DNA of 34,112 nucleotides from an uncultured Chitinophagales bacterium (lineage in GTDB: Bacteria; Bacteroidota; Bacteroidia; Chitinophagales; UBA2359): assembly GCA_964480615.1 (NCBI GenBank), contig CAYZQX010000002.1, positions 1 through 34,112 of the forward strand. The letters run 5' to 3'. The notes under the pieces are model-generated. The model saw only the letters and a program-made list of their open reading frames with translations, searched no databases and had not been told where the DNA came from. Below are positions 1 to 8,958 of this stretch, piece by piece. Made by a program: the position numbers and the translations under genes. Every line of letters starts with the position of its first letter. Within the stretch, counting starts at the first letter, position 1.

Positions 1-18
1 TCTAGTGTCCAGTTAAAG
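1..18 (+). repeat. Family-2 repeat fragment fused to the 3' end of family-1 copy A, truncated by the window start
   Basis: TCTAGTGTCCAGTTAAAGCG matches the TCTAGTGTCCA and GTTAAAGCGAT modules of 18557-18590. It runs straight into CGATAGGGATAG, the complement of the copy A 3' box. Confidence 0.7.
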
Positions 19-178
19 CGATAGGGATAGCAGTGGATATCCTTTTAGGAGGCTATCGAATAGTATGACCTACTAATAGTTGTTAGAAGCTTAGTTGTAA
101 GTAAAAAACTAAATAATTATAGTGCTCAAGCCTCCTAAAAGATAGGAACGTATAGCCCAGGCCTGTAAGGCATCGCCA
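19..178 (-). repeat. Family-1 mosaic GC-rich element, copy A
   Basis: Read on the minus strand: TGGCGATGCC-TTACA-GGCC-TGGGCTATAC ... CACTGCTATCCCTATCG. It contains a perfect 12-bp stem (42-53 pairs with 130-141) around a 76-nt loop. It lies 89 nt downstream of the lptD stop, on the same strand. Confidence 0.9.
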
Positions 179-266
179 CAAATTTTAGTATTATCAGTTA
201 TTAAGCAGACCCTAAGTAAGGTGTCTAACCTCCAGCATCTAATTCTTTGTAGTGTACATCTATCAA

Positions 267-2957
267 TTAATAGTCATAGTCTTGCCAAGTTCTTCTCCTT
301 TCTAATTTCAAGTCTTTCAACATCTCAGAACGAACACGGATTGTAAAATCATAGCTTTTATACTGTCCTATAGGTCGCCAGTTAAAGGACATTTCCCAGC
401 AGTGGAGATCGCGGTGGATAGAGATAGCTGTACTGGATAATTTTTTTAATTCAAAGTCATAACCTGAAGTCATCGTAAGTTTCCATTTAGGAGTGATATT
501 TACTTCACCATTTCCAGTTATTACTTGTATCACCTTATAGGGCCTTGTTTCCGGATTGTAATTTTTTCGAATATCGAGCTTGTATGTCAGGCTAAGTTTC
601 CAGGGAATATCAAAATCTATGTATTCAGGAATGGTATTAGGTATTGTATTTACCACTATGTCCTCTAGTTGTTTCTTATTGCCATTGGGATCGCTTTCTG
701 ATTTGGTTTTTGTTTCATTTTTGGTGAGTGGCAAACTAAGACTTGTAGATAAATCCACGCTTTCAAATCTCAATATTTTTTGTCCATTGTTTATGGCATA
801 AGTCGATACCCTTTTCCCTGTGGCATCAGAGCCGTATGGGTCAAAACTAGCACCAAAATTCAAGGTTGTTTGATTAAATAATTTTGTGTTTCCAGAGAGT
901 GTTATCTTACTCATACTAAAAGAGTCTGCAATAAAATTATAGCCAGAATTGAGTGTTATATTGTCAAATATTGAGATCTTTTTGTATGATTCTATGGTAT
1001 CATTTTTAGATCTGACTTTGATCTCCAAGCTTTGACGAATGCCATAAGTCAATCCAAAATTATTTCCTAATGGCGGTCCTTGGTATATATTGTCTTGATA
1101 CTTGCTGTACCACTTGTATTTATCAGGAGTTTGTGAAGTATCTGTCTGTACTCGGTTATAATAGTTCCCCCAAAAATTAGTATAATCAGGTACATAATTG
1201 AGGGAGATACTAGGGCTTACGACATGGCGTATTGCATTGATTTTTTGGGATTTGAATTTTACTAGGCCATAAAAATTGGTGCTTAAAGCCAATGAAAAAT
1301 TGAGATCTACAGGCGCTTTGAATCCAACCTTTTTCAAGGATTTTAATACGCCGTAGGTAGTATCAATACTCAGTATTTCCCCATCACTTAGGGTCGTATC
1401 TATAATAGGTGTAGTATTGTCCCAATACTTAAAGATATAATCACCATACAACCTTTGATTAATGGTCATATTGGGATTTACAGTGATGTACTTAGCTAGC
1501 TTAGTGGAGGTACTTAGTTTTGCTGAATGACTAATACCATATTTGAATTTATCCCATATTTGATTGGAGAATATGATAGAGTCCGCATCACTCACTGAGT
1601 TTTTTAGGTTTGCATTGTAGTTCAAGGTAATATTCTCATACCATTTCAAATTGCCCACTCTAATTTTCCTTGCAAATGGGTTCTTGCGAGGCAAGGAAAA
1701 TGCCATTTCGGGCAATGTAACATCAGTGGTTTTTGCACTTATGTTTTGAAAAACTCGCATGGAAGCGGTAAGATTTGCATTTGACTTTCTAAATGTATGA
1801 CCATAGCTAATGCCAGAAGAATAGGTATTATTCGGGTTAGTCTGATTAATTAGAAAGCTGTTTCTATCATAAGTAGAGGAACCGAAATTTACATCGGTAC
1901 TAAATGTATTATTTGGCCAGCTTTTAGCATCTTGATTATGTGTCCAGGTAACCTTAAAGTCTTTTGATTTTTTGTAGCTGGTTTCGAGCGGATCATTCTC
2001 AATATTCACATTATAGCTCAAGGAGATATTACCCCTATATTTATAACGTTTAGCATAAGTACTTTTGGAGCTTAGTGACCATGACCCTTTGGTAAATACT
2101 TCACCTCTGATTGCAAGGTCTATATAATCACTAAATCCTAAATAGAAGCCACCATCCCGAAAATAAAAACCTTTGCTTGGGGATTCACCATAGGTAGGTA
2201 ATAATATACCGGAAGTGCGATCTTTTTGCAGTGGAAAAAGGCCAAATGGCAATACAAGTGGGGTAGGGATATCAGCAATATATAGTTCTGCAGGTCCCGT
2301 AGCTATGAGCTTATTGGGGATTACTTTTACCTTTTTCGATACAATCTTAAAATGTGGATGCTCTAGATCACATGTAGTATAATAGGCTTTGTATGCATAT
2401 AACTCATTGTTTTCATCTTTTTTTACTTTCTGTCCTACAAGGAATCCATCACCCTGCTGGGTTACTAATTGATTCACCGTACCTTTTTTAGTTTCAAAAT
2501 TATAGGCAATTTCATCAGAGCTAAACTTTTGATCACCATCCTGAAAGGTAGGTCGATTGATCTTTTGACCTAGGCTATCGAGTACATAAAAGGCTCGTAA
2601 AGTTTTAGTTTTTTGATTCATAATTATATAGCCGGCGTCGAGTCGTACATCTTTTTGCTGCATCCATGCCGCACCATATAGGTATATCTTTTGATCTATT
2701 AAGTCATAAATGATGGAATCTCTGGCCTCATAGGTAATAGGAGCGTCGAGGGTGTCCGTGGATATCTGGTAAGTAACAGGTTCGTTTCTTAGGGTGCTAT
2801 CTCTGGTTAGCTCCATTTCGGTGCTATCCGTCGCAATTGCTTGGGGTATGGGCTGTTTAGTTATGGAATCGGATGGAACAATGGCTTGCTGCCCAAAACT
2901 AATTAAATATTGGATTAAACAAATGGCTAAGATGATATGTCTAAAAATCGTTTTCAA
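267..2957 (-). CDS. lptD: LptD-like outer-membrane LPS-assembly protein (long Bacteroidota form)
   Basis: 896-aa ORF. The only in-frame start before the signal-like segment MKTIFRHIILAICLIQYLISFGQQ is TTG at 2955-2957. An OstA/LptD-N-like segment (TYEARDSIIYDLIDQKIYLYGAAWMQQKDVRLDAGYIIMNQKTKTLRAF) is followed by ~700 aa of alternating aromatic/polar beta-strand-like sequence with an aromatic C-terminus (WQDYDY). Confidence 0.7.
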   Translation of the reverse strand: MKTIFRHIILAICLIQYLISFGQQAIVPSDSITKQPIPQAIATDSTEMELTRDSTLRNEPVTYQISTDTLDAPITYEARDSIIYDLIDQKIYLYGAAWMQQKDVRLDAGYIIMNQKTKTLRAFYVLDSLGQKINRPTFQDGDQKFSSDEIAYNFETKKGTVNQLVTQQGDGFLVGQKVKKDENNELYAYKAYYTTCDLEHPHFKIVSKKVKVIPNKLIATGPAELYIADIPTPLVLPFGLFPLQKDRTSGILLPTYGESPSKGFYFRDGGFYLGFSDYIDLAIRGEVFTKGSWSLSSKSTYAKRYKYRGNISLSYNVNIENDPLETSYKKSKDFKVTWTHNQDAKSWPNNTFSTDVNFGSSTYDRNSFLINQTNPNNTYSSGISYGHTFRKSNANLTASMRVFQNISAKTTDVTLPEMAFSLPRKNPFARKIRVGNLKWYENITLNYNANLKNSVSDADSIIFSNQIWDKFKYGISHSAKLSTSTKLAKYITVNPNMTINQRLYGDYIFKYWDNTTPIIDTTLSDGEILSIDTTYGVLKSLKKVGFKAPVDLNFSLALSTNFYGLVKFKSQKINAIRHVVSPSISLNYVPDYTNFWGNYYNRVQTDTSQTPDKYKWYSKYQDNIYQGPPLGNNFGLTYGIRQSLEIKVRSKNDTIESYKKISIFDNITLNSGYNFIADSFSMSKITLSGNTKLFNQTTLNFGASFDPYGSDATGKRVSTYAINNGQKILRFESVDLSTSLSLPLTKNETKTKSESDPNGNKKQLEDIVVNTIPNTIPEYIDFDIPWKLSLTYKLDIRKNYNPETRPYKVIQVITGNGEVNITPKWKLTMTSGYDFELKKLSSTAISIHRDLHCWEMSFNWRPIGQYKSYDFTIRVRSEMLKDLKLERRRTWQDYDY

Positions 2958-2977
2958 AATATGGGCAAAAAAACACC

Positions 2978-2985
2978 TAAATTTG
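2978..2985 (+). promoter_or_regulatory. Bacteroidota-type -7 box TAAATTTG (TAnnTTTG)
   Basis: Exact consensus match, 24 nt upstream of TTG 3009 of the amidase gene. Confidence 0.4.
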
Positions 2986-2989
2986 CACT

Positions 2990-3003
2990 CGAAAAATTTT
3001 TCG
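2990..3003. promoter_or_regulatory. Perfect 14-bp palindrome CGAAAAATTTTTCG between the divergent lptD and amidase starts
   Basis: Read directly. It lies between the -7 box (2978-2985) and TTG 3009. Confidence 0.3.
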
Positions 3004-3008
3004 CAAAA

Positions 3009-4151
3009 TTGAAATTAAAAAATAACATTCTCACAATTTTATTTTGTGTTATGGGTATGACGGGGCTTTGGACAACCTCAGTTGCTCAGCCGTTTAACTA
3101 TGAATTAAAAAAAGTGGTGATTGATGCAGGTCATGGTGGCAAAGACCCTGGTGCGATGGCAAATAATGTGAGGGAAAAAGATGTGAATCTTGCAATAGCA
3201 TTGAAATTAGGAGATTATATTAAGGAAAATATTCCAGGGGTTTCAGTCATCTATACGCGGAGCACAGATGTTTTTATATCTTTAGATGAACGAGCAAATA
3301 TAGCAAATCGTGCCAAAGCCGATCTTTTTATTTCCATTCACTGCAATTCAAATGGCTCACCAGCCATCTATGGGACTGAAACTTATGTCATGGGAACCCA
3401 TAAAACCAAGGAAAATCTGGCAGTGGCTAAGCGTGAAAATGACGTAATCCTATTAGAAGACGATTACCTGAAAACCTACGGTGGCTTTGATCCAAAAAAG
3501 CCAGAGAGCCACATCATCTTCAGCCTCTATCAAAATGCCCATTTACAAGAAAGTTCCTTAATGGCCACCCTATTAGAAAATCAATTTAAAACAAGGGCTG
3601 GACGCAAGAGCAGAGGTGTTTCCCCAGCAGGATTTATTGTCCTCTATAAGTCTGCCATGCCATCCATTCTCGTCGAAACAGGTTTTCTTACCAATCCGGA
3701 TGAAGCAAAATTCTTAAAATCCGATGAAGGGCAAAGCCTAATTGCATCAGCGATCTATAGAACAATCAAAGAGTATAAAAGTAAAAAAGAAGGCAAAGGT
3801 GATGGTATTACTACCACACCAAAAAAAAAAGATAGTTCTGAGCCAGCAAATAAATCAAATGAACCAAAAATTACTTACACCTCACCTATAGAGCATAAAT
3901 CTGACAATAGTGGAGTTTCATTTAGAATACAATTATACAGTTCCTATGACCAATTTGATATAAGCAAAGCCAATATGGCAGACATACAAGAAATCGAAAT
4001 CGATACCACTAAAAATGGTATAAAATACTTCATGCTGCCTGGCAAATTTGATGACATAAAAAAAGCAGAAGCGAAACTTGAATTGCTTCTGAAAAATGGA
4101 TTTAAAAAAGCCAGCATTATTACCTACAAAAACAATATAAGACAAAATTAA
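3009..4151 (+). CDS. N-acetylmuramoyl-L-alanine amidase (Amidase_3 family) with C-terminal SPOR-like domain
   Basis: Amidase_3 motifs: VVIDAGHGGKDPGA, ADLFISIHCNS, PSILVETGFLTNPDE. The C-terminal ~75 aa (VSFRIQLYSSYDQF...KNGFKKASIITYKN) looks SPOR-like. The start is uncertain among ATG 2937 (ORF track), ATG 2961 and TTG 3009. I favour TTG 3009 because it gives a canonical signal peptide (MKLKNNILTILFCVMGMTGLWTTSVAQ), sits 24 nt after a TAAATTTG -7 box at 2978-2985, and avoids overlap with the divergent lptD start. Confidence 0.85.
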   Translation: MKLKNNILTILFCVMGMTGLWTTSVAQPFNYELKKVVIDAGHGGKDPGAMANNVREKDVNLAIALKLGDYIKENIPGVSVIYTRSTDVFISLDERANIANRAKADLFISIHCNSNGSPAIYGTETYVMGTHKTKENLAVAKRENDVILLEDDYLKTYGGFDPKKPESHIIFSLYQNAHLQESSLMATLLENQFKTRAGRKSRGVSPAGFIVLYKSAMPSILVETGFLTNPDEAKFLKSDEGQSLIASAIYRTIKEYKSKKEGKGDGITTTPKKKDSSEPANKSNEPKITYTSPIEHKSDNSGVSFRIQLYSSYDQFDISKANMADIQEIEIDTTKNGIKYFMLPGKFDDIKKAEAKLELLLKNGFKKASIITYKNNIRQN

Positions 4152-4236
4152 ATAGTTGCCCGAATACTTAATTCTTGGCTATAAGGATGCTATAACAGAT
4201 AATATTGTAATTTTACCGCTAATAATATTTTTTGAG

Positions 4237-5268
4237 ATGATAAAAATTGCAAACGAAGTAAAGGTTGGCATACTGGCAATAGCAGGATTGGTTTTGTTAT
4301 TTTTTGGCTATAAGTATTTAAAAGGGTCTGCATTTTTTAATAGCGAACACGTATATTACGCTGAATACAATGATGTAGGAGGGCTGCTTGTAGGTAACCC
4401 TGTACAAATACAAGGGGTGAAAGTGGGAACGGTGGAAAGCATCGACTTCATACAAGAAAACCCATCTGATACTAAAGTAAAAGTGGGTTTGCGCGTTTCT
4501 GATGATATTATGATCCCTAAGAAATCGAATGCTGATATAGTAAGTACAGGATTAATGGGCAACATTGTAGTCAGTATCATATATCCAGTAAAAGATTCAT
4601 TACCCAATCCATTGACTTATCTTGCCGATGGGGACTTGTTAAGTGGCAAACTATCAGGTGGTATGATGGAAACTATGACACAAGAAATTGCACCTATCAG
4701 AGATAAATCAACTAAATTAATGACCAGCTTAGATAGTGTATCAGTAGCCATTAATAATATACTGCGCTCCTCACGTATGGATAATACATTGACTAATGTC
4801 GATAAGAGCTTTGTTACATTAGAAAAAACATTGCATAACTTAAATGCAATCTCCGCACAAATGCAATCTATTATGAGCTCAGAAGCAGCCCATATTAAAA
4901 GTATAACAACTAATGCCGATCTAGTTTCTAGTAATTTTGTCCAGTCTAGTAAGAAATTAGATGGCATACTCGATCAAGCTGCTACCATCTCTGCAAATGC
5001 TGCTAAAGCTGATATCAGTGGTACCACTGAACAATTAAAGACTACTCTTGTCTCTACACAATCTGCTATTAAAGACTTACAGTCAATGCTTAATCAAATC
5101 AATAGTGGGCAAGGCTCAGCAGGTAAATTGATGAAAGATGAAGCCTTGTATGCTAATTTAGAAAGAGCCAGTGCCAATCTCGATAAGTTGTTCATCGACC
5201 TCAAGGAAAATCCTTCGGACTATGTTAATTTTTCATTAATTAAAATAGGAAGACGCGATAAAAAATAA
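4237..5268 (+). CDS. MlaD/MCE-family protein (outer-membrane lipid asymmetry)
   Basis: N-terminal TM segment (VKVGILAIAGLVLLFFGY) followed by an MCE-like core (VGGLLVGNPVQIQGVKVGTVESIDF) and a long coiled/low-complexity C-terminus. The ORF track starts at TTG 4156. ATG 4237 (MIKIANEVKVG...) gives the usual short N-terminus. Confidence 0.75.
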   Translation: MIKIANEVKVGILAIAGLVLLFFGYKYLKGSAFFNSEHVYYAEYNDVGGLLVGNPVQIQGVKVGTVESIDFIQENPSDTKVKVGLRVSDDIMIPKKSNADIVSTGLMGNIVVSIIYPVKDSLPNPLTYLADGDLLSGKLSGGMMETMTQEIAPIRDKSTKLMTSLDSVSVAINNILRSSRMDNTLTNVDKSFVTLEKTLHNLNAISAQMQSIMSSEAAHIKSITTNADLVSSNFVQSSKKLDGILDQAATISANAAKADISGTTEQLKTTLVSTQSAIKDLQSMLNQINSGQGSAGKLMKDEALYANLERASANLDKLFIDLKENPSDYVNFSLIKIGRRDKK

Positions 5269-5365
5269 GATATTATCCATCCAATTTTGCCTTCTATTTC
5301 AATTATTAATTCATCACATACATATTTTTCGAATTTGAATTTCAAGCGATTTCCTATCAGTGATC

Positions 5366-7291
5366 ATGCATACTAAAATATTAGTCAATTGCCTTAAATT
5401 TTTAATCTTTATTGGGGTGTATATGGCTATGCACACTGCCTGTATTCAAGCCCAAAACAACGATCAAAATATCCCTAAGGGCAAAGAGGTAATTATCCAA
5501 AATACCGAAGTACTTGAGTCTATAACAACAGACTCTATGGATGTGAAAATGCTCAGTGGCAATGTTGTACTGATACAAGGGGATGTAATCTTTGAATGTG
5601 ATAGTGCTGTCGTTTTTTTCTTAACTAATAATTTTGATGCCTACGGGAATATACATATAAATCAAAATGATACACTGAATATATATGGTGATAAATGCAA
5701 TTATCAGGGCAATGCCAGAAAGGCCAAGATGATAGGCAATGTTGTGCTTGAAGATTGTTCGGCTAGGGCTACTTCCAAGCGATTGGATTATTTTTTAGAT
5801 GAAGACCTCGCTATACTTACTGATAAAGTTTTTATCACTGATCAAAAAGTAAAAGTATATACGGATTCTCTTCGCTATACTACCGATCAAAAAAAAGCAA
5901 ACCTGTATGGCAAAAACAAATACATAGGCGAAGATGGAAATGTAATGGAGAGCCGTGTGATGGCTTACGATTTCCTCACACAACAGGGGAATTATGACCA
6001 ACGTGGAACGATTAAAAATGGCAATACAATAATTGAAAGCAATAAAGGTCAGTTTTTTGAGGCTGAAAAAAAAGCATTTTTTCAAGGTGATGTAGTGATT
6101 AATGATCCTGATTATAAACTCAAAACGGAAAGCCTAGAATATTTTACGGAACTCGATAAAGCCTTCTTTTCAGGGCCTACACGCATCGATCGTGATAGTA
6201 CCATCATTAAAACCAATCAAGGGTGGTATGATAAAAAAAATGAAATTGTAATTCTTAGCCAGGGGGCTGAAGTGTATTCTAAGGAGCAGACTGTGCTCGC
6301 CGATAGTATCTATTTTGATGATGCCGCAGGCAAGGGGTTTTGCTATCGAAAGGTTTCTTTGGAAGACACTCTTAACAAGACTTTGATTACAGGTGAGTAT
6401 GTAGAGTTCGAGCGTGCTACTGATTATATACTAGCGACCGATCATCCTATATTGCGCAATGTAAGTGGTGATGGTGACACATTATTTATGATGGCCGACA
6501 CATTGGTATCCATCGGCAATGGCAAAGAAAAGCCCCGCAAACTCAATGCATATAACGATGTGTGGATGTGGAGACCTGACTTTCAAGGTGTATGCGACTC
6601 TTTGTACTACTCCAGTGAGGACTCTTTGTTTCGTTTCTTTCGGTCGCCTATCTTATGGATGGACAGCACCCAACTTAGAGCCGATACAGTACTCCTACAC
6701 GCGCCTAATAATAAACCAAAGAATATAAAATTGAGAGAAAATTCCTTTGTCGTTAATTGGATTGAATCTATGATTTATAATCAGCTAAAGGGCAAAACAA
6801 TCGATGGATTTTTTAAGGACAATAAGCTGCATAAAATGCAGATCGATACCATGGCTCAAAGCATCTATTATGCGCAGGACGATGCTAAAAAATACATAGG
6901 AGCTAATAAGTCCAGCTCTGCATCTATTCACATTCTATTCAATAATGGAAAGGCTGAAAGGGTGAAATTTCTCACCGCACCAAAAGCAGAATTTGTACCT
7001 ATGGGCAAGATCAATCCTGAAACAAATAAACTGGAAGGCTTTAGTTGGTTGATTGATATGCGACCACTAAGTTTAGCTGATATGAAATATAAACGATCAC
7101 AGGGCTTGCACAAATCAATGATTGCACAGCAGATCAATGAAAAGAAAATAAGCGATACACAAGCCCAAAACTCTGCAACTGATCCAACTATAAAGGCCAG
7201 TGAAAGAAATAATGCTAAGCCAACTGAAACTGTACAGCCACAAATAGCAAAAGACAAATCAAAAAGAATGGGGACTCAACCAAAGAATTAA
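5366..7291 (+). CDS. OstA-like (LptA/OstA_N repeat) domain protein
   Basis: Signal-like N-terminus (FLIFIGVYMAMHTACIQAQ). OstA-type segments recur (MLSGNVVLIQGDVIFECDSAVVF, MIGNVVLEDCSARATSKRLDY, AFFQGDVVINDPDYKLKTESLEY, AFFSGPTRIDRDSTIIKTNQGWYD). The C-terminal tail is rich in Q/K/T. ATG 5366 lies two codons inside the GTG 5360 ORF start. Confidence 0.6.
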   Translation: MHTKILVNCLKFLIFIGVYMAMHTACIQAQNNDQNIPKGKEVIIQNTEVLESITTDSMDVKMLSGNVVLIQGDVIFECDSAVVFFLTNNFDAYGNIHINQNDTLNIYGDKCNYQGNARKAKMIGNVVLEDCSARATSKRLDYFLDEDLAILTDKVFITDQKVKVYTDSLRYTTDQKKANLYGKNKYIGEDGNVMESRVMAYDFLTQQGNYDQRGTIKNGNTIIESNKGQFFEAEKKAFFQGDVVINDPDYKLKTESLEYFTELDKAFFSGPTRIDRDSTIIKTNQGWYDKKNEIVILSQGAEVYSKEQTVLADSIYFDDAAGKGFCYRKVSLEDTLNKTLITGEYVEFERATDYILATDHPILRNVSGDGDTLFMMADTLVSIGNGKEKPRKLNAYNDVWMWRPDFQGVCDSLYYSSEDSLFRFFRSPILWMDSTQLRADTVLLHAPNNKPKNIKLRENSFVVNWIESMIYNQLKGKTIDGFFKDNKLHKMQIDTMAQSIYYAQDDAKKYIGANKSSSASIHILFNNGKAERVKFLTAPKAEFVPMGKINPETNKLEGFSWLIDMRPLSLADMKYKRSQGLHKSMIAQQINEKKISDTQAQNSATDPTIKASERNNAKPTETVQPQIAKDKSKRMGTQPKN

Positions 7292-7481
7292 TCTCTTGAC
7301 CCAATAAAAATACACTGAATTTTTTGTTCTTTGCTTGCCGAATAGTACAATGTAAATTCAGCTATAAAGTGATCAACTTATTTCCATTTAATATTCTTGT
7401 CTTACTTAATATGCCTAGATTATGGTGTAATAAAATTATGTATCTTTAGTATTAAACGATAATTGATTGATTTCTTTCTAT

Positions 7482-7626
7482 TGGCGATGCCTGCGGCCCG
7501 GGCTATGCGGGGCTACGCTAGCGCTTCGGTACTGAATTGGCAGGCTGCTTACATTCATATACACCCACAGTATCAGCAGCGGTTTCCAGCCTGCCAATTC
7601 AGTACAAACCCCTCCTATCCCTATCG
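7482..7626 (+). repeat. Family-1 mosaic GC-rich element, copy B
   Basis: TGGCGATGCCTGCGGCCCGGGCTATGCGGGGCTACGCTAGCGCTTCG, then a perfect 19-bp stem (7529-7547 pairs with 7587-7605, 39-nt loop), then AAACCCCTCCTATCCCTATCG. It lies 191 nt downstream of the OstA-like gene stop, on the same strand. Confidence 0.9.
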
Positions 7627-7793
7627 TGGTGAGCACGGAATTAAATGCAAATATTACCACATAATCAAAACATAATGCTAGGATGTATAATAAAAAACTA
7701 CTATTTTTGTATCTACATTGATAATGAGATCGAGCTAAGTGGCTCTTGATTTTTTAATAATAAGTCAGTGTTTTTGAATGTCCAGTTTCAATG

Positions 7794-7905
7794 CGAAAGG
7801 GATAGTAGTGGTTAAGTCAGTAGCGCAGCGGATGACCGAGGCGATAGCCGAGCCACGAATAGCCCGACCCTCCTAGTGCGCATAAGCACTAGGAGGGATT
7901 CGCCC
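7794..7905 (-). repeat. Family-1 mosaic GC-rich element, copy F (variant with long 5' hairpin)
   Basis: Read on the minus strand: GGGCGAATCC, a 12-bp GC-rich stem (7868-7879 pairs with 7886-7897, 6-nt loop), GTCGGGCTATTC, a GTGG...CCAC-closed module, then TACTATCCCTTTCG. It converges on copy B. Confidence 0.85.
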
Positions 7906-7973
7906 TAATGAAGATGAAACAAGTGACCTTGCTTATTTATTATCTCATAATAAACCGAACAAATTTTTTTTAC

Positions 7974-8927
7974 ATGAAAATATTTTTATTTTTCTTTGCC
8001 TTAACCATTTCGATTGTTCTTTCTGCTCAGAACCAAATTGATTTAACAATTCACCATAAGATTGGTGACCAGGATTTTGCATTAGATCAAGTTTTTCAAG
8101 CGCCTATAGGTGGTGATTTTGAATTCACCAGACTGCAATATTATCTTTCAAATTTTAGTATTACACACGATGGTGGAATGGTGACGATGGTGCCTGGAAA
8201 TTATGCCCTTGTTAGTGCTAACACACCTACAACAATTGCATTAGGTGAACATAATGTTCAGCATATCGAAGCTATAGATTTTCACATAGGAATTGATCCA
8301 GATACGAATCACCTCGATCCATCACAGTATCCAAGTGACAATCCACTGGCATTGCAGCATCCTGATATGCATTGGGGATGGGATGCAGGTTATCGTTTCT
8401 TAGCGATGGAAGGATTAGCTGTTAATAATACTATTGTTCAGATTCATACATTAGGGGATTCCAATTATATGATTGTTTCGGTACCAGTGAATGAAGATGT
8501 TAGCAATGGCAATGCTATGATTGATGTCGATGCGAATTACATCAATATGCTCAATAATTTAGATGTGAGTACTGGGCCCTTTTCGCATGGTGAAACAGGA
8601 GTGTCACAATTAGCAATTGCTAATTTAGCTTTTTTTGTATTCAGTGCATCTGCTACCGTATCAGGGATTGCACAAGTAAGCAACGATTACATCGAAGTAT
8701 ATCCTAATCCCACGCTGGATAATAGAATTACCATACATACTGCTGGTGCAACTGATTCAGCTCTGAGCTTTAAGTTGTATGATGTAAAGGGAAGTTTGGT
8801 AGCTGAAAATTCAATTAGCACAGCAATTCAATCATTTGATTTTCCACACCTATCGAATGGCCAATATTTCATGACCATTAGCGACAACAAAAACATTATC
8901 CATAGTCAACACTTGTTATTTCAATAA
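7974..8927 (+). CDS. MbnP-like domain protein with T9SS C-terminal sorting domain
   Basis: ATG 7974 gives the signal peptide MKIFLFFFALTISIVLSAQ. The segment FALDQVFQAPIGGDFEFTRLQYYLSNFSITHDGG and the later HPDMHWGWDAGYRFLAMEG resemble what I recall of MbnP-like copper-binding domains. It lies directly upstream of a di-haem peroxidase, as MbnP/MbnH pairs do. The C-terminus VYPNPTLDNRITIH...GQYFMTISDNKNIIHSQHLLFQ is a T9SS (Por) tail. Confidence 0.5.
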   Translation: MKIFLFFFALTISIVLSAQNQIDLTIHHKIGDQDFALDQVFQAPIGGDFEFTRLQYYLSNFSITHDGGMVTMVPGNYALVSANTPTTIALGEHNVQHIEAIDFHIGIDPDTNHLDPSQYPSDNPLALQHPDMHWGWDAGYRFLAMEGLAVNNTIVQIHTLGDSNYMIVSVPVNEDVSNGNAMIDVDANYINMLNNLDVSTGPFSHGETGVSQLAIANLAFFVFSASATVSGIAQVSNDYIEVYPNPTLDNRITIHTAGATDSALSFKLYDVKGSLVAENSISTAIQSFDFPHLSNGQYFMTISDNKNIIHSQHLLFQ

Positions 8928-8958
8928 GGAGATCAACCAGCAAATATCCATCACATCG

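Noticed and set aside
4156-4236. 27-codon N-terminal extension of the MlaD ORF from TTG 4156
   Set aside because: ATG 4237 gives the usual short cytoplasmic stub followed by a TM helix. The extension starts 5 nt after the amidase stop and looks non-coding.
7463-7675. ORFs of 70 aa (+) and 60 aa (-) covering the same interval
   Set aside because: Both are read-throughs of family-1 copy B. The stop-poor frames are a by-product of its GC-rich hairpin. The other element copies do not conserve any reading frame, and both strands being open is typical of a repeat artefact.
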